Source of the DNA: an uncultured delta proteobacterium
GTDB lineage: Bacteria > Desulfobacterota > Binatia > Binatales > Binataceae
Assembly (NCBI GenBank): GCA_963842085.1
Contig: CAWJET010000001.1
Coordinates: forward strand, 1,024,001-1,088,000
Length of the DNA: 64,000 nucleotides
Direction: 5' to 3'
Shown here: positions 49,921-59,941 of the stretch, piece by piece
Position numbering within the stretch: the stretch's first letter is position 1
Layout: each line of letters opens with the position of its first letter
Position numbers and translations under genes: made by a program
Notes under the pieces: generated by a model
Seen by the model: the letters and a program-made list of their open reading frames with translations, nothing else
Told to the model about the DNA's origin: nothing
Databases searched by the model: none

Positions 49921-50526
49921 ATGAGCCGGATTCGGATTCCAATCTATTTCGATTACGCTTCGACGCTGTGCTACATCGCGTGGCGAATCGTAAGCCCGCT
50001 CGAGGACGAACTGGGCTTCGAGGCGCTGTGGAAGGGCGTGCCGATCGCGACGCGCGATTTTCGCTTCAAGCCCGGCCGCGTGCTGGGCGAGCGCGAGCGG
50101 CAAAAGGTGCTGTTCGTCGCGGCCGAGACAGGCATTCGCGTCGCGCCGCCGCCGAGCTGGATCGATTCGATACCCGCGCTGGAGGGATCGGAGATCGCGC
50201 GCGATGCGGGCGTTTTCCGGGTCTATCACGACGCGGTCTTTCGGGCGGCATTCGACGACGGCGCCGACATCGCGGACGCCCAAGTACTCGACGCGATTGC
50301 GGAGCGCGCCGGCCTTGATCGATCGAAATTCCGCGCAGCGCTCGACACCGGAGCGATGACCGCGCGCATTGCCGAGCACAAGCGCGAGGCCGACGAGTTT
50401 TCCGCTTTAGGCTACCCGACCTTTATCCTGGGCGACTTCCCGATGATCGGGATACAGCCGATCGAGTCGATGCGCCTGCTGCTCGGCCGGTTCATCCGCC
50501 AGCGCGCCGAGGAACCGCAAGCGTAG
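49921..50526 (+). CDS. DsbA/FrnE-like thioredoxin-fold protein (SxxC)
   Basis: YFDYASTLCY, GYPTFI, GIQP. Confidence 0.8.
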   Translation: MSRIRIPIYFDYASTLCYIAWRIVSPLEDELGFEALWKGVPIATRDFRFKPGRVLGERERQKVLFVAAETGIRVAPPPSWIDSIPALEGSEIARDAGVFRVYHDAVFRAAFDDGADIADAQVLDAIAERAGLDRSKFRAALDTGAMTARIAEHKREADEFSALGYPTFILGDFPMIGIQPIESMRLLLGRFIRQRAEEPQA

Positions 50527-50628
50527 CTACGATCGTGCCGAGAGAGCAGCATAAACGTCGGGCGCCGGCTCTCCTCGCGGAGTTCGGGACGTTCTGTTTC
50601 ATCGGACCAAATCGGAGCCGCGGCGAAG

Positions 50629-51465
50629 CTAGCGCGCGAGGAATACCGGGCATGGCGAGTTGCGCAGCACGTACTCGGTATTCGAGCCCAGCACCATCTC
50701 GATGATCCTGCTGTGCCCGTAGGCGCCGATGAACAGCAGGTCGGCGTCGTGCTCCTTGAGGAACTTGATAATTTCCTCGTTGGCGTGACCCTGCAGCAGC
50801 TTGAACTCGGCCTTCGGCGTGTAATTCTCGAAATAGGTGCGCGCCTCGGCCAGCGTCCGCTCGCCAAGATTGCGATCGCGGGTGCAGGTGATGACCGTGA
50901 TCGGAACGCCGAGACCGTTGGCAATTTCCGCCGCCGAGCGCATCGCGCGAGAGGCGCGTTCGCTGCCGTCGTAGGCCAGCACCGGGCGTTTGATCTCGCG
51001 AAATCGATTGGGCGAAATGAACACCTGGCGCGCCGATTTGCGCGCGACGCTTTCGGCGGTCGAACCCAAAAGCCCGGTCGAGAACTTCTCGTTGACGCCG
51101 CGATGACCGATCATGACCAGGTCGGCGCTGCGCGCGCGTTCGCAAATCTGGTTGGCGACGATTCCCATGTCGAGCACGGTCTCGACCGCCAGATTCTCGC
51201 GGCGCGCGGCGGCGGCAAATTCGTCGAGCACGCCGCGGCCGCGGGCGGTCAGCACCTCGCGCATCTTGGACGAAAAATCCAGATATGGTTCCAGCCCGAG
51301 CGAACCTGATATATCATGGAAAAACGAGCCTTCGATCGACACGATATCGACGACATGCAATCCGATCAGAGACGCACTGAAGACGCGGGCAAAATAAAAG
51401 GCGTACGCCTGGGCGTTGCGCGAGTGCTCGGAGGTGTCGATGCCGACAAGGATTTTCTTGATCAA
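50629..51465 (-). CDS. Tandem universal stress protein
   Basis: ILVGID.S, GLLGSTAE, AYDGS, GAYGHS...LGS.TE.VL. Confidence 0.92.
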   Translation of the reverse strand: MIKKILVGIDTSEHSRNAQAYAFYFARVFSASLIGLHVVDIVSIEGSFFHDISGSLGLEPYLDFSSKMREVLTARGRGVLDEFAAAARRENLAVETVLDMGIVANQICERARSADLVMIGHRGVNEKFSTGLLGSTAESVARKSARQVFISPNRFREIKRPVLAYDGSERASRAMRSAAEIANGLGVPITVITCTRDRNLGERTLAEARTYFENYTPKAEFKLLQGHANEEIIKFLKEHDADLLFIGAYGHSRIIEMVLGSNTEYVLRNSPCPVFLAR

Positions 51466-51557
51466 GCGCGTGACCTCCGCGTCAGCTACGGCGATAACAT
51501 GCCGCGCGGTGATGCCTCAAGAGGCGACGGGAACACAATCGGTTGCGGGCGGGTGAA

Positions 51558-51851
51558 ATGAGCGAACTTAGCGAGGCGCGGATGATGAGAATCGTGGACG
51601 AGCTGGCGGAGGCGGCGCAGCGCGTCGGGCTCGAGGTCCGGCGCGAAAAGATCATGCGCGAAATCGGCTATCGCACGCGCGGCGGCGCCTGCCGGCTGCG
51701 CGACAAGAACCTCATCATCATAGATCGCGATCAGCCCGCCGCCGAGCAGCTCGAAGTGATTGCCGAAGCGCTGCGCTCGCGCGATCTCGAATCCTTGTAC
51801 CTGTCCCCGGCGGCGCGGCGCGTCGTTCACCTCGGAGACGCCCCGTCCTGA
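51558..51851 (+). CDS. Conserved-looking hypothetical protein
   Basis: A.RVGLEVRRE, GGACRL, YLSPAAR; operonic with fur. Confidence 0.7.
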   Translation: MSELSEARMMRIVDELAEAAQRVGLEVRREKIMREIGYRTRGGACRLRDKNLIIIDRDQPAAEQLEVIAEALRSRDLESLYLSPAARRVVHLGDAPS

Positions 51852-51859
51852 GTGCCGAG

Positions 51860-52366
51860 ATGCCGCGTACCGCCGAAAGCGCGTCGGCTGGCCACACCGT
51901 AATCGATCGCAAGCCCGCGATCAGCGCGGAGGAGCGGATGCTCACCTTCCACGCGCGCCTCAAGGAGCGCGGCCTCAAGTCCACCGGCCAGCGCGATGAC
52001 ATCGCGCGCGTATTCTTCGAGCACGGTCATCATATCAGCGCCGAGGAATTGTACGGCGAGGTCAAGAAGATCAACCCGCACGTCGGCTACGCGACGATTT
52101 ACCGGACGCTGCGCCTGCTCAAGGAATGCGCGCTGTTGTATGAGCGCCATTTCGACGAGGGCCAGGCGCGCTACGAAGCGGTCGGCGAGCGCCATCACGA
52201 TCATTTCATATGCGAGCAATGCGGCCGGATCATCGAGTTCGAGAACGCCGCGATCGAGCGCATGCAGAATATCGTCGCGCGCGATCTCGGCGTGACGCTG
52301 ACCCGGCACAAGATGGAGCTGTACGGAATCTGCTCCGACTGCCATCACGCACAGCAAAGCATGTAG
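51860..52366 (+). CDS. Fur-family metalloregulator
   Basis: GLKST.QR, HISAEE, ATIYRTL, HHDHFIC..CG, C-terminal CxxC. Confidence 0.93.
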   Translation: MPRTAESASAGHTVIDRKPAISAEERMLTFHARLKERGLKSTGQRDDIARVFFEHGHHISAEELYGEVKKINPHVGYATIYRTLRLLKECALLYERHFDEGQARYEAVGERHHDHFICEQCGRIIEFENAAIERMQNIVARDLGVTLTRHKMELYGICSDCHHAQQSM

Positions 52367-52403
52367 ATACTCACTCGAATAGCCAGACCTGGAATCAAGA
52401 GGT

Positions 52404-52778
52404 ATGGCGATGATCAAAGCGCGCGGATTGAAGCACATCAATCTCAATGTTAGAGACATCGGGCGTTCGCTCAAGTTTTACCAGGAGGCGTTCGGCCTCG
52501 AGGTCAAGTTCTGGGAAGGGAAGACCCTGGTTTTCCTCAGCTCCCCCGGAGCCAACGACACGATCACGCCGTGCCAGGCCAAGCCGGACGATCCTGTTGC
52601 CGGCGGCGGCGTCTCGCATTTCGGGTTTTCGACGGGAAAGGGCAACCTCGACGAGATGGTGAAGCAGATCGAAAATGCCGGCGGGAAATTGCGGAGCCGC
52701 GGCGAACATGCACCGGGCGTCCCGTACGCATACATCGCCGATCCCGATGGCTACGTGATCGAGCTGGGAAACTCGTAA
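52404..52778 (+). CDS. VOC/glyoxalase family protein
   Basis: HINL.V.D..RS.KFY, HFGF, DPDGY.IEL. Confidence 0.9.
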   Translation: MAMIKARGLKHINLNVRDIGRSLKFYQEAFGLEVKFWEGKTLVFLSSPGANDTITPCQAKPDDPVAGGGVSHFGFSTGKGNLDEMVKQIENAGGKLRSRGEHAPGVPYAYIADPDGYVIELGNS

Positions 52779-52820
52779 TTAGCTAATTGCTATAGCCACT
52801 CGGCGCGGAAACTATAATCG

Positions 52821-53093
52821 ATGAAGCACGCGGGACCAGACGCGCTCGACCGACTCGAGCCAATCCTCGTCGAGATTCGGCAGCTCGGCGGACTCAAGGA
52901 AAGAAAGCGCGGAGCGTTTTATTGCGGCGGCGCCGGCTTCCTGCACTTTCACGAAGACCCGGCGGGATTTTTCGCCGACCTGAAGATCGGCGCCGACTTC
53001 GTGCGCTTCCCGCTCAATTCGAAAACTGAGACGCAAGCTTTCTTGCGCCGCGCGGCGGGCGCTCTCAATGCCGTGAAGAACGGCCGCGGGTAG
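52821..53093 (+). CDS. Hypothetical protein
   Basis: 90-aa ORF with FLHFHED..G.FAD motif. Confidence 0.7.
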   Translation: MKHAGPDALDRLEPILVEIRQLGGLKERKRGAFYCGGAGFLHFHEDPAGFFADLKIGADFVRFPLNSKTETQAFLRRAAGALNAVKNGRG

Positions 53094-53313
53094 ATCCTCG
53101 CCGGGTCGGGCGCAGGTCCGCGGCGGCCCTGGGCAACGCCTCGGGACCGGCGCGATGCCGGTACTTCATGTCGTTGCCGCAGTGCGGACAGTTGACGTCG
53201 TCGTACTTGACGATGCGACCGCAGTACGGGCACTTGTAGCGGCGCCGTCCCACCCAGTAGAAGAACGCCGCCGTCAGCGCGACCATCAGCAGGCCGATGA
53301 TTGTTTGCCGCAC
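53065..53313 (-). CDS. Small membrane-anchored zinc-ribbon protein
   Basis: N-terminal TM, CPYC...CPHC. Confidence 0.7.
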   Translation of the reverse strand: MRQTIIGLLMVALTAAFFYWVGRRRYKCPYCGRIVKYDDVNCPHCGNDMKYRHRAGPEALPRAAADLRPTRRGSTRGRSSRH

Positions 53314-53353
53314 GAGACTTGCTCCGAACGTATCGCAGCCGCCGGCACTCCGG

Positions 53354-53770
53354 TCAGGCGAGCCCGTCTTTCAGCGCCTCTTCGAGCGCGCCGATATTGA
53401 CTCGATGTCCTTGTGCCATCACCACCAGAAACGCCTTGAGCGCAGGATCGCCGACGGTCGGGACGTTTTCCTCGATCCTCCGAATCACCCATCGCTGGCC
53501 GCGATTGAGCAGCTCGAGCTTGCCGCGAAAATCTCCCACCGCGCGCACCTTCTCGACAAAGTCCCCGGTCTTCGTCGAAGGACTGCCGCCGAGCCGGCGC
53601 ACGTGCGCCGCCAGCTCTCCGGCATAGTAGCCTTCGTCGTGGCCGACCTTCTTGAGCATCTCGCGCAGCTCGAGCGAATGGGCCAGCTCGGTGAGCTCGT
53701 GCAGGACGCGGCCGCCGGCGCGCTCGGCTTCACCCAACAGATTGAGAAATCCTTCGAGTTGCGAGTCCAA
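53354..53770 (-). CDS. Ferritin-like (DUF6306-type) protein
   Basis: GGAGG then TTG at 53770; LN.L.EAERAG, DE, TGDF, LNRGQ.WV, H..N. Confidence 0.75.
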   Translation of the reverse strand: MDSQLEGFLNLLGEAERAGGRVLHELTELAHSLELREMLKKVGHDEGYYAGELAAHVRRLGGSPSTKTGDFVEKVRAVGDFRGKLELLNRGQRWVIRRIEENVPTVGDPALKAFLVVMAQGHRVNIGALEEALKDGLA

Positions 53771-53787
53771 TTGCCTGCCTCCGTTCT

Positions 53788-55530
53788 TCAGAGCATCGGC
53801 ACCACCGGACAATACGCCGCGCTGAAAATCGCGTGACCGCTGAGCGCCACGCGAATCAGCTCGATGATCGGTTCGACCAGTCTCGCCGCCGGGCGCTGCG
53901 TGATCGACGCCACCATCTTGCCGCTGGCCAGCGTCTGCAGCAGTCCAGGCTGCGCGGGAAGTTCGATGATTCCGACCGGCTGCTCGGGCGCGAGGCGCGC
54001 CAATCCTTTCGCGGCCGCCATCGCTTCGTTCAGTCCACCGAGCGAATCGACGAGCTTGAACTGGAGCGCCTGCGCGCCGGTCCAGACCCGTCCCTGCGCG
54101 ACCGCGTCGGCCTGCTCGACCGTCATGTGGCGTCCGGCGGCGACCAGTTTCAGGAAGTACTGGTAGTTGCGCTGGATATCGTCCTGGAACTGCCTGGATT
54201 GCGCCGGCGTGAAATCGGTCCACATGTCGAACATCCCGACGTTTGCCCCGCGGCTCACCGCGTCGGTGTTCGCGTAGATTTTTTGCGCGGCGGGCGTGAT
54301 GTTGAACTTGCCGCCGAGTACTCCGATCGAGCCGGTGATCGTGCCGGGTTCGGCGATAATCTTCGCCGCGGGAATCGATACCAGGTATCCGCCAGACGCG
54401 CCGTATCCCGACATGCTGACGACCACCGGTTTTTTCTTCGCCGTGAGCTCGACCTCGCGGCCGATGAGTTCCGACGCGAGCATCGAGCCGCCGGGTGAAT
54501 TGACCCGCAGGATCACGGCGCGAACGTCGTCATCCTCGCGCGCGGACTTGAACGCTTCGGCCATGTCGTCGGCCGTCATCGCCTGGGCGTCGGGAGTCGA
54601 AAATGGATCGAAGCCTTCGCCGCCGCGTTGGATCTCGCCATCTCCGTAAATCACCGCGATTTGATTTCCGCCGCCAAAACTGGAGAACAGGTTGGCACGC
54701 GCGTAATTGGTGTAGTCGATCGCCTGGTGAACCGAGCCGCCGTGGTTTTTCACGCGCTCGCTGAATTCGTCCTCGTATTCGAGTCGGTCCACCAGGTGCG
54801 CCTTCAGGCCCGCGTCCGCATTCAACGGCGCTTGATCGATTAGAGCTTTGACTGCGTCGGGACTCAGCTTGCGCTCGGCCCCGATTGCCGCGACGATCTG
54901 ATCGAACAAGCTGCCGGCCAGCCCTTCGTCCTCTTCCTTTTGCGCCGGCGAGAAGTCCTTGTTGGTAAACATGTTGGCCGCGCTCTTGTATTGTCCCGCC
55001 GAGGCGAAGTCCGGCGTGATCCCCATCCAGTCGAGCGTGCCGCGCATGAACAGCTCGCGCAGTTGTACGCCCATCAGGTTGAGATCTCCCTGCGGCATCA
55101 GCGAGACTTCGTCGGCGGCGGCCGCGACGATGTAGGGCGTATTGCCCAGGCCCGATTCGCCGGCGGTCTCGAGGTACGCCTCGGTCCATTTGCCATGGCT
55201 CTTGAAGGACTTGATCAGCGCGACGATCTCCTGCGCCTGCGCGAGTTCCATCTCGGGGTTGATAACCTTGATCTCCAGGCCGACGATTTTCGGATCTTTC
55301 GCGGCCCGGTCGATCGCATTGCGCAGAATGTTGAGCGCCGTCTGCGTTTTACTCAACAGGCCAAGCACACCACCGCTGCCGCGCTCGACCACCGGCCCGT
55401 CGAGATCGACTGTCAGCACCGAGTTGGGCGGCACGCGATGCGAGATGTAATCCGAGATTGCGACGATCGCCAACAGCACCACGGCTATGATCACCGTACG
55501 AAGAATCCACCGAAAAAACCTTCTGAACAT
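53788..55530 (-). CDS. sppA: Signal peptide peptidase (67K type)
   Basis: GQYKSA, RVNSPGGS, ASGGY, TGSIGV, AQGRVWTG. Confidence 0.93.
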   Translation of the reverse strand: MFRRFFRWILRTVIIAVVLLAIVAISDYISHRVPPNSVLTVDLDGPVVERGSGGVLGLLSKTQTALNILRNAIDRAAKDPKIVGLEIKVINPEMELAQAQEIVALIKSFKSHGKWTEAYLETAGESGLGNTPYIVAAAADEVSLMPQGDLNLMGVQLRELFMRGTLDWMGITPDFASAGQYKSAANMFTNKDFSPAQKEEDEGLAGSLFDQIVAAIGAERKLSPDAVKALIDQAPLNADAGLKAHLVDRLEYEDEFSERVKNHGGSVHQAIDYTNYARANLFSSFGGGNQIAVIYGDGEIQRGGEGFDPFSTPDAQAMTADDMAEAFKSAREDDDVRAVILRVNSPGGSMLASELIGREVELTAKKKPVVVSMSGYGASGGYLVSIPAAKIIAEPGTITGSIGVLGGKFNITPAAQKIYANTDAVSRGANVGMFDMWTDFTPAQSRQFQDDIQRNYQYFLKLVAAGRHMTVEQADAVAQGRVWTGAQALQFKLVDSLGGLNEAMAAAKGLARLAPEQPVGIIELPAQPGLLQTLASGKMVASITQRPAARLVEPIIELIRVALSGHAIFSAAYCPVVPML

Positions 55531-55624
55531 TCATCCCTCCGGACTGCGACCGCGGATAACGCGCCACCGGGCGCGTTCCCTTGACTGTCGCAACTGGCAA
55601 GAATAGCCAACCATACCCGCTTCC

Positions 55625-56896
55625 ATGGAGCCAGTCGCAAAAGTACAAGCGTCGGAGCATTCGCGCGAGCCACTGATGAACCAGCGCAAGGCCGGCGCGA
55701 TTCATCTGCGAATCGTCGCGCTGGCCTTCGCCGCCTGGATTTTCGACTTCTACGATCTGGTTCTCTACTCCTTCCTGCTGGTTCCGGTTGCGCGCGAACT
55801 CCATCTGACGCCTGAGCAGTCGTCGTTGGCGCTCGGCACGTCGCTGCTGATGACGGCGCTCGGCGGAGTCATTTTCGGCTACCTCGGCGATCGCTTCGGG
55901 CGGAAACCGGCGATCGCAGCTACGGTCGCGATTTACGGCGTCGGCACCGCGCTGTGCGGATTGAGCCATACTCTCACCCAACTGATCGTGTTCCGATCGA
56001 TAACCGGGCTCGGCATGGGCGGCGGATGGGCCCCCGGACAAAGCCTGGTCGCCGAGAGTGTGCCGGCCGAGCGCCGCGCGCGATACGCCGCATACGTGCA
56101 GACGGGGGCGCCGCTCGGGGTCTTGCTGGCGGCGGCAGCGGGCGGTTACATCGCGCCCGCAGTGGGATGGCGTCTGACGTTCATGCTTTCCGGCGTGCCC
56201 GCCGTGTTTGTCTTCGCGTCCGTGCTGAAGTGGATGCCCGAGAGCGACGTCTGGCAGGGCACGCGCACCGGCCCTGGCACGCGCGGCGTCGACCTGCGCG
56301 AGATTCTGGTACACCGGCGCATCTTCGCGCTGCTGTTCGTGGTCGTCCTGCTCAACTCCGAGGCGTATTGGTTCACCTACACCTGGATGCCGGGATATTT
56401 GGAACTCAAGCGCGGACTCACCGCCGCGGGCGCGAGCCATATGATGATCAAGATGCAGGTAGGCGGCGTGCTCGGCTACCTGACCTTCGGCCGCGTCGCC
56501 GACCGATTCGGACGCCGGCCCGCGTTTTGCGCGTACGGGATGCTGATGGCAGCCGGCACGCTCCCGCCGACGATCCTGTGGACTTCGGCGGTGGCAGTGC
56601 CGGGACTCGTCTCGGCTGCGATGTTCACGGCGGGCTTCGGCACCGGCATCTGGGCGGGAGTCGCGCCGATGATCGCCGAGCTGCTGCCGACGCGGATTCG
56701 CAACACGTCGCTGGGATTGCTGCTCAACGTCACGCGCGGATTGCAGTTCTTCACGCCCCTGCTGATTGCGGCGTTGGGCGCGCGCGTCGGTTTCGGCGCG
56801 ACGCTATCGCTCGGCGCACTCTTCTCGACGATGGGCGCCCTGCTGGTCTGGATACTCCCCGAAACCCGCGCCCGCTCGATCACCGCGCTGGATTGA
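55625..56896 (+). CDS. MFS transporter
   Basis: FDFYD, G.LGDRFGRK, AE.VP...R, about 12 TMs. Confidence 0.92.
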   Translation: MEPVAKVQASEHSREPLMNQRKAGAIHLRIVALAFAAWIFDFYDLVLYSFLLVPVARELHLTPEQSSLALGTSLLMTALGGVIFGYLGDRFGRKPAIAATVAIYGVGTALCGLSHTLTQLIVFRSITGLGMGGGWAPGQSLVAESVPAERRARYAAYVQTGAPLGVLLAAAAGGYIAPAVGWRLTFMLSGVPAVFVFASVLKWMPESDVWQGTRTGPGTRGVDLREILVHRRIFALLFVVVLLNSEAYWFTYTWMPGYLELKRGLTAAGASHMMIKMQVGGVLGYLTFGRVADRFGRRPAFCAYGMLMAAGTLPPTILWTSAVAVPGLVSAAMFTAGFGTGIWAGVAPMIAELLPTRIRNTSLGLLLNVTRGLQFFTPLLIAALGARVGFGATLSLGALFSTMGALLVWILPETRARSITALD

Positions 56897-56901
56897 CCCT
56901 C

Positions 56902-58821
56902 TCATGGCGAACTGCCCAACGGCTTGTGCTCGACCGAGGAGCTGTCGAGATACGGCTCGTCGCCGAGCCACGTGACGTGAATCGTCGTCACAGCCTCGAC
57001 GCCTGGCAGCATCAGGTCGGTCGTCATCGTTTGCGTATGCGATCCTCCCGCGCTGCGGCGGCCGTCGGTCAACGCCTCGGCCATCGCGCGTCCGGCGGGC
57101 GCTACACCGCCCGGCCCGATATTCGGCAGCGTGCCGAGTATCTCCGTGATCGTCGGCGCAACATCGGTGTTCGCGGTGGGATTGAAATCGACGAAGCCGC
57201 GGCGAAAGTCCGGGCCTGCCGCGGCGCAGAAATTGTGAATCTCGCGCTCACCTGCCGCGCCATGGATCCCCATTCCGGTCGTGAACGTTTGGCTGGTCCC
57301 GGTGTCCGCGTACACGGTTCCCTTCACCGGGTGCACCAATTCGGAGGATTTGTTCGGCGTCGAGACCTGTCCGATCCGGCCTATAAGGAACGCGGGATTA
57401 CCCGGCCCGGTCAGGCCTTTGTTGTCGGCGTCGGGCTCCTCGCGAAATGAAATCACCAGGTCCGGCGAGCGTGCCTGATTGTACAGCCCGACGATGCGCT
57501 GGCTGAAGGTGCCTTCGATCCAGCCGAGGTACGGTTTGGGCGCGCGCCGGCTGCGGCGTCCGCGACGGCTCGGCTCATCGGGTGCGGCCGCCGACTCGCG
57601 CGAGAAGATCGGTCCGCACCATTCCTGCGCCTCGGCGAAGTTGACGATCTTTTGCAGCACCGCGCGGCGCGCCTCCAGCGTGGGGAATTGCGTCGGCAAC
57701 AGGTACACGAGGTCCGCACCGCCGTTGGGCGCGACGATGATGTCGGTGCTGTCGCCCGACTTCTTGATTCCCGCCGCCACCAGCATTTCCGACAGCACGA
57801 TTCGGAATTTGATCGTCGCAAAACCATGGTCCGATACCACGATCAGGTCGGTCTTGTCGGCGATCCCCAGCGCATCGATCGCCGCGCGAAGGCGCATCAG
57901 GTTGTTGTCGCAGAGGGTCAGCGCCTCCATCGCGGGCAACGTACCCAACCCGGCAACGTGCTGCGTGAGATCGGGATTATGCTGCCAGAAGACGACCAGC
58001 GCGGGCCGGCCCGCATCCGCGGCGCGCTTGGCGGCCGGCAACGCGTCTTCCACGACCAGCCGCGCGAAATACAGGTCGCGCTGCTCGTCGGCTGCCGCGG
58101 TTTTCGAATCGGGCGGAATCGCGGAACTTATCTCTTGACTCAGCGACGGCGGCGCAACCAGGTCGTCCGAGGCGAACAGGTAGTCCTTGTGCGGCTCGCC
58201 GACAATGTCTTTGCCGTCGACGACCGTTTCGACCCGATTGTCGAACACCGAAGTCGGCCCCTGCTTGCCAATCACGGCGATGTAGCCGCCCTCGCGCTCG
58301 ACCTCCTGCGCGATAGTGTCCAGCCCTATCAACCTCCCCTTGAACTCGTTCGTCTTGTTCAGGTTGACGATCGCCCGCGCGCCCTCAGCCCAGACCATCT
58401 GACCATTCGAATCGTTCGCAATCGTTGGTGCCCCCGGCTTCGCCTCGTAGGAAGCAATGCTGCTGACGGCTGGCGCCGCATTTGCCGGCGCTGGCACATA
58501 GAACACGTTGCCCTCGAGCCCGTTGACGCCCGGCGGCGCGCCCGTGGCGAGCGCGGTGGCGTTGACCATCGTAAGCGTCGGGAAGATCGAGTGATGCTTG
58601 TCGAAGCGCACGCCCTCGCGCGCCAGCCGGTACAGATTCGGAGTATCGCGTTGCGTGACGAAGTCGGGCCGCAGCCCGTCCCACACCATCAGCACCACGA
58701 TACGGCCGCGCCCGCGATGCGCGTCGGCGGGGTATTGCGCGCGAGCCGGCGCGGCAACCAGGAAGAGCAAGATCGCGAGAATTTCAGACAGCCGTCGAAC
58801 GAAGCACATTCGATCGGTCAT
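56902..58821 (-). CDS. Exported alkaline-phosphatase-superfamily (nucleotide pyrophosphatase/phosphodiesterase) protein
   Basis: WDGLRPD, FPTLT.VN, PD.TQH, SDHG, G.HG, DVAPT. Confidence 0.88.
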   Translation of the reverse strand: MTDRMCFVRRLSEILAILLFLVAAPARAQYPADAHRGRGRIVVLMVWDGLRPDFVTQRDTPNLYRLAREGVRFDKHHSIFPTLTMVNATALATGAPPGVNGLEGNVFYVPAPANAAPAVSSIASYEAKPGAPTIANDSNGQMVWAEGARAIVNLNKTNEFKGRLIGLDTIAQEVEREGGYIAVIGKQGPTSVFDNRVETVVDGKDIVGEPHKDYLFASDDLVAPPSLSQEISSAIPPDSKTAAADEQRDLYFARLVVEDALPAAKRAADAGRPALVVFWQHNPDLTQHVAGLGTLPAMEALTLCDNNLMRLRAAIDALGIADKTDLIVVSDHGFATIKFRIVLSEMLVAAGIKKSGDSTDIIVAPNGGADLVYLLPTQFPTLEARRAVLQKIVNFAEAQEWCGPIFSRESAAAPDEPSRRGRRSRRAPKPYLGWIEGTFSQRIVGLYNQARSPDLVISFREEPDADNKGLTGPGNPAFLIGRIGQVSTPNKSSELVHPVKGTVYADTGTSQTFTTGMGIHGAAGEREIHNFCAAAGPDFRRGFVDFNPTANTDVAPTITEILGTLPNIGPGGVAPAGRAMAEALTDGRRSAGGSHTQTMTTDLMLPGVEAVTTIHVTWLGDEPYLDSSSVEHKPLGSSP

Positions 58822-58845
58822 CAAAGCGGCCCGCAGCCTGCTGTG

Positions 58846-59856
58846 TCAATCGTGGTTCGTGCTCGGACCAGGCGTCTGCGTCCGCGGATGCGTTTTGAAG
58901 AATTCCCAGATGACGTCGGTCGCGTTCAGATTGTCGCTCGGCTTGCCGACCCATTTTTCCGGCAGCCGGCTCTTGCCGCCGGGCCACACATGGCCCAATC
59001 CCCTGACCCTGTAGTACTCGACCTCTCCCCCCTTGGCGCACTGATCGTAGGTGACTTCCAGCACGCCGTTGCCGCGAGCAGTCTGCACTTCCGGCCCGCA
59101 GCCGAGCATCCGCTCCCACTCCTTGAGCGAATCTTCGACCGGCGGGTGATACTCAGTTTTCTCCCACGGGAGTTTCACGTTGCCACCGTCGATCGGGTTG
59201 AGCGGGTCCTTGGTGCCGATGATGAAGAGCAGCGGAACGGGATATGCCAGTTGTTTCTGCACGTACCAAAGATGGCCGGAAACGGGCGCTATCGCCGCGA
59301 TTAGATTCGAGAGGTTGAGGCCCACGCTGAACGTCATCGACGCGCCGTTCGAAAAGCCGGTGCAATAGATTCGCGCCGGGTCGGAGGCGTAACGCGCCTC
59401 GAGGAAGCCGATCATCGCGGCGATAAAGCCGAGGTCGTCCACATCATCCACGCCGATCGCGCCGCGGCCCGAGCCGTCATTCCACAGCCGCGGATTGAGC
59501 AGGAATCGCGCCGGCAACATCGGATGGGGCGGGGTGCCGTCGGGAAAAACCGCGATGAAGCCCTCGCGATCCGATTTCGCGTCCCATCCCGTCTCCGCCA
59601 TCGCACCCTCACCGCTGCCGCCCGCTCCGTGCAGCATAATCACCACCGGCACTTTCGACTTGCCGTCGAATCCGGGAGGCGCATGGACCACGAATGTGCG
59701 CGTCGTCTTGTTGGTGCCGGCGCCGACTTCGAGCGACTCGTCGTGATTCCCCGGCGCCGGTACCGGTTGAAAGGTCGGCGCATCCGCCGACGCGGAGAAC
59801 ACCGCGGCCGTCAAAATCGCGACGGCAACGGCCGTCGAAATGCTGAAAGTCCGCAT
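58846..59856 (-). CDS. Exported PHB-depolymerase/LpqC-like esterase
   Basis: LHGAGG, DDLGFI, GFSNG, GTKDP, GHVWPG. Confidence 0.88.
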   Translation of the reverse strand: MRTFSISTAVAVAILTAAVFSASADAPTFQPVPAPGNHDESLEVGAGTNKTTRTFVVHAPPGFDGKSKVPVVIMLHGAGGSGEGAMAETGWDAKSDREGFIAVFPDGTPPHPMLPARFLLNPRLWNDGSGRGAIGVDDVDDLGFIAAMIGFLEARYASDPARIYCTGFSNGASMTFSVGLNLSNLIAAIAPVSGHLWYVQKQLAYPVPLLFIIGTKDPLNPIDGGNVKLPWEKTEYHPPVEDSLKEWERMLGCGPEVQTARGNGVLEVTYDQCAKGGEVEYYRVRGLGHVWPGGKSRLPEKWVGKPSDNLNATDVIWEFFKTHPRTQTPGPSTNHD

Positions 59857-59941
59857 CACTGCGTGCCCTGAATCCCCAGTTCAAGGTACGCCGCGGCTGA
59901 CACGTCGTTTCAAGGTGCAACTCCATTTTTGATTTGGTAGC

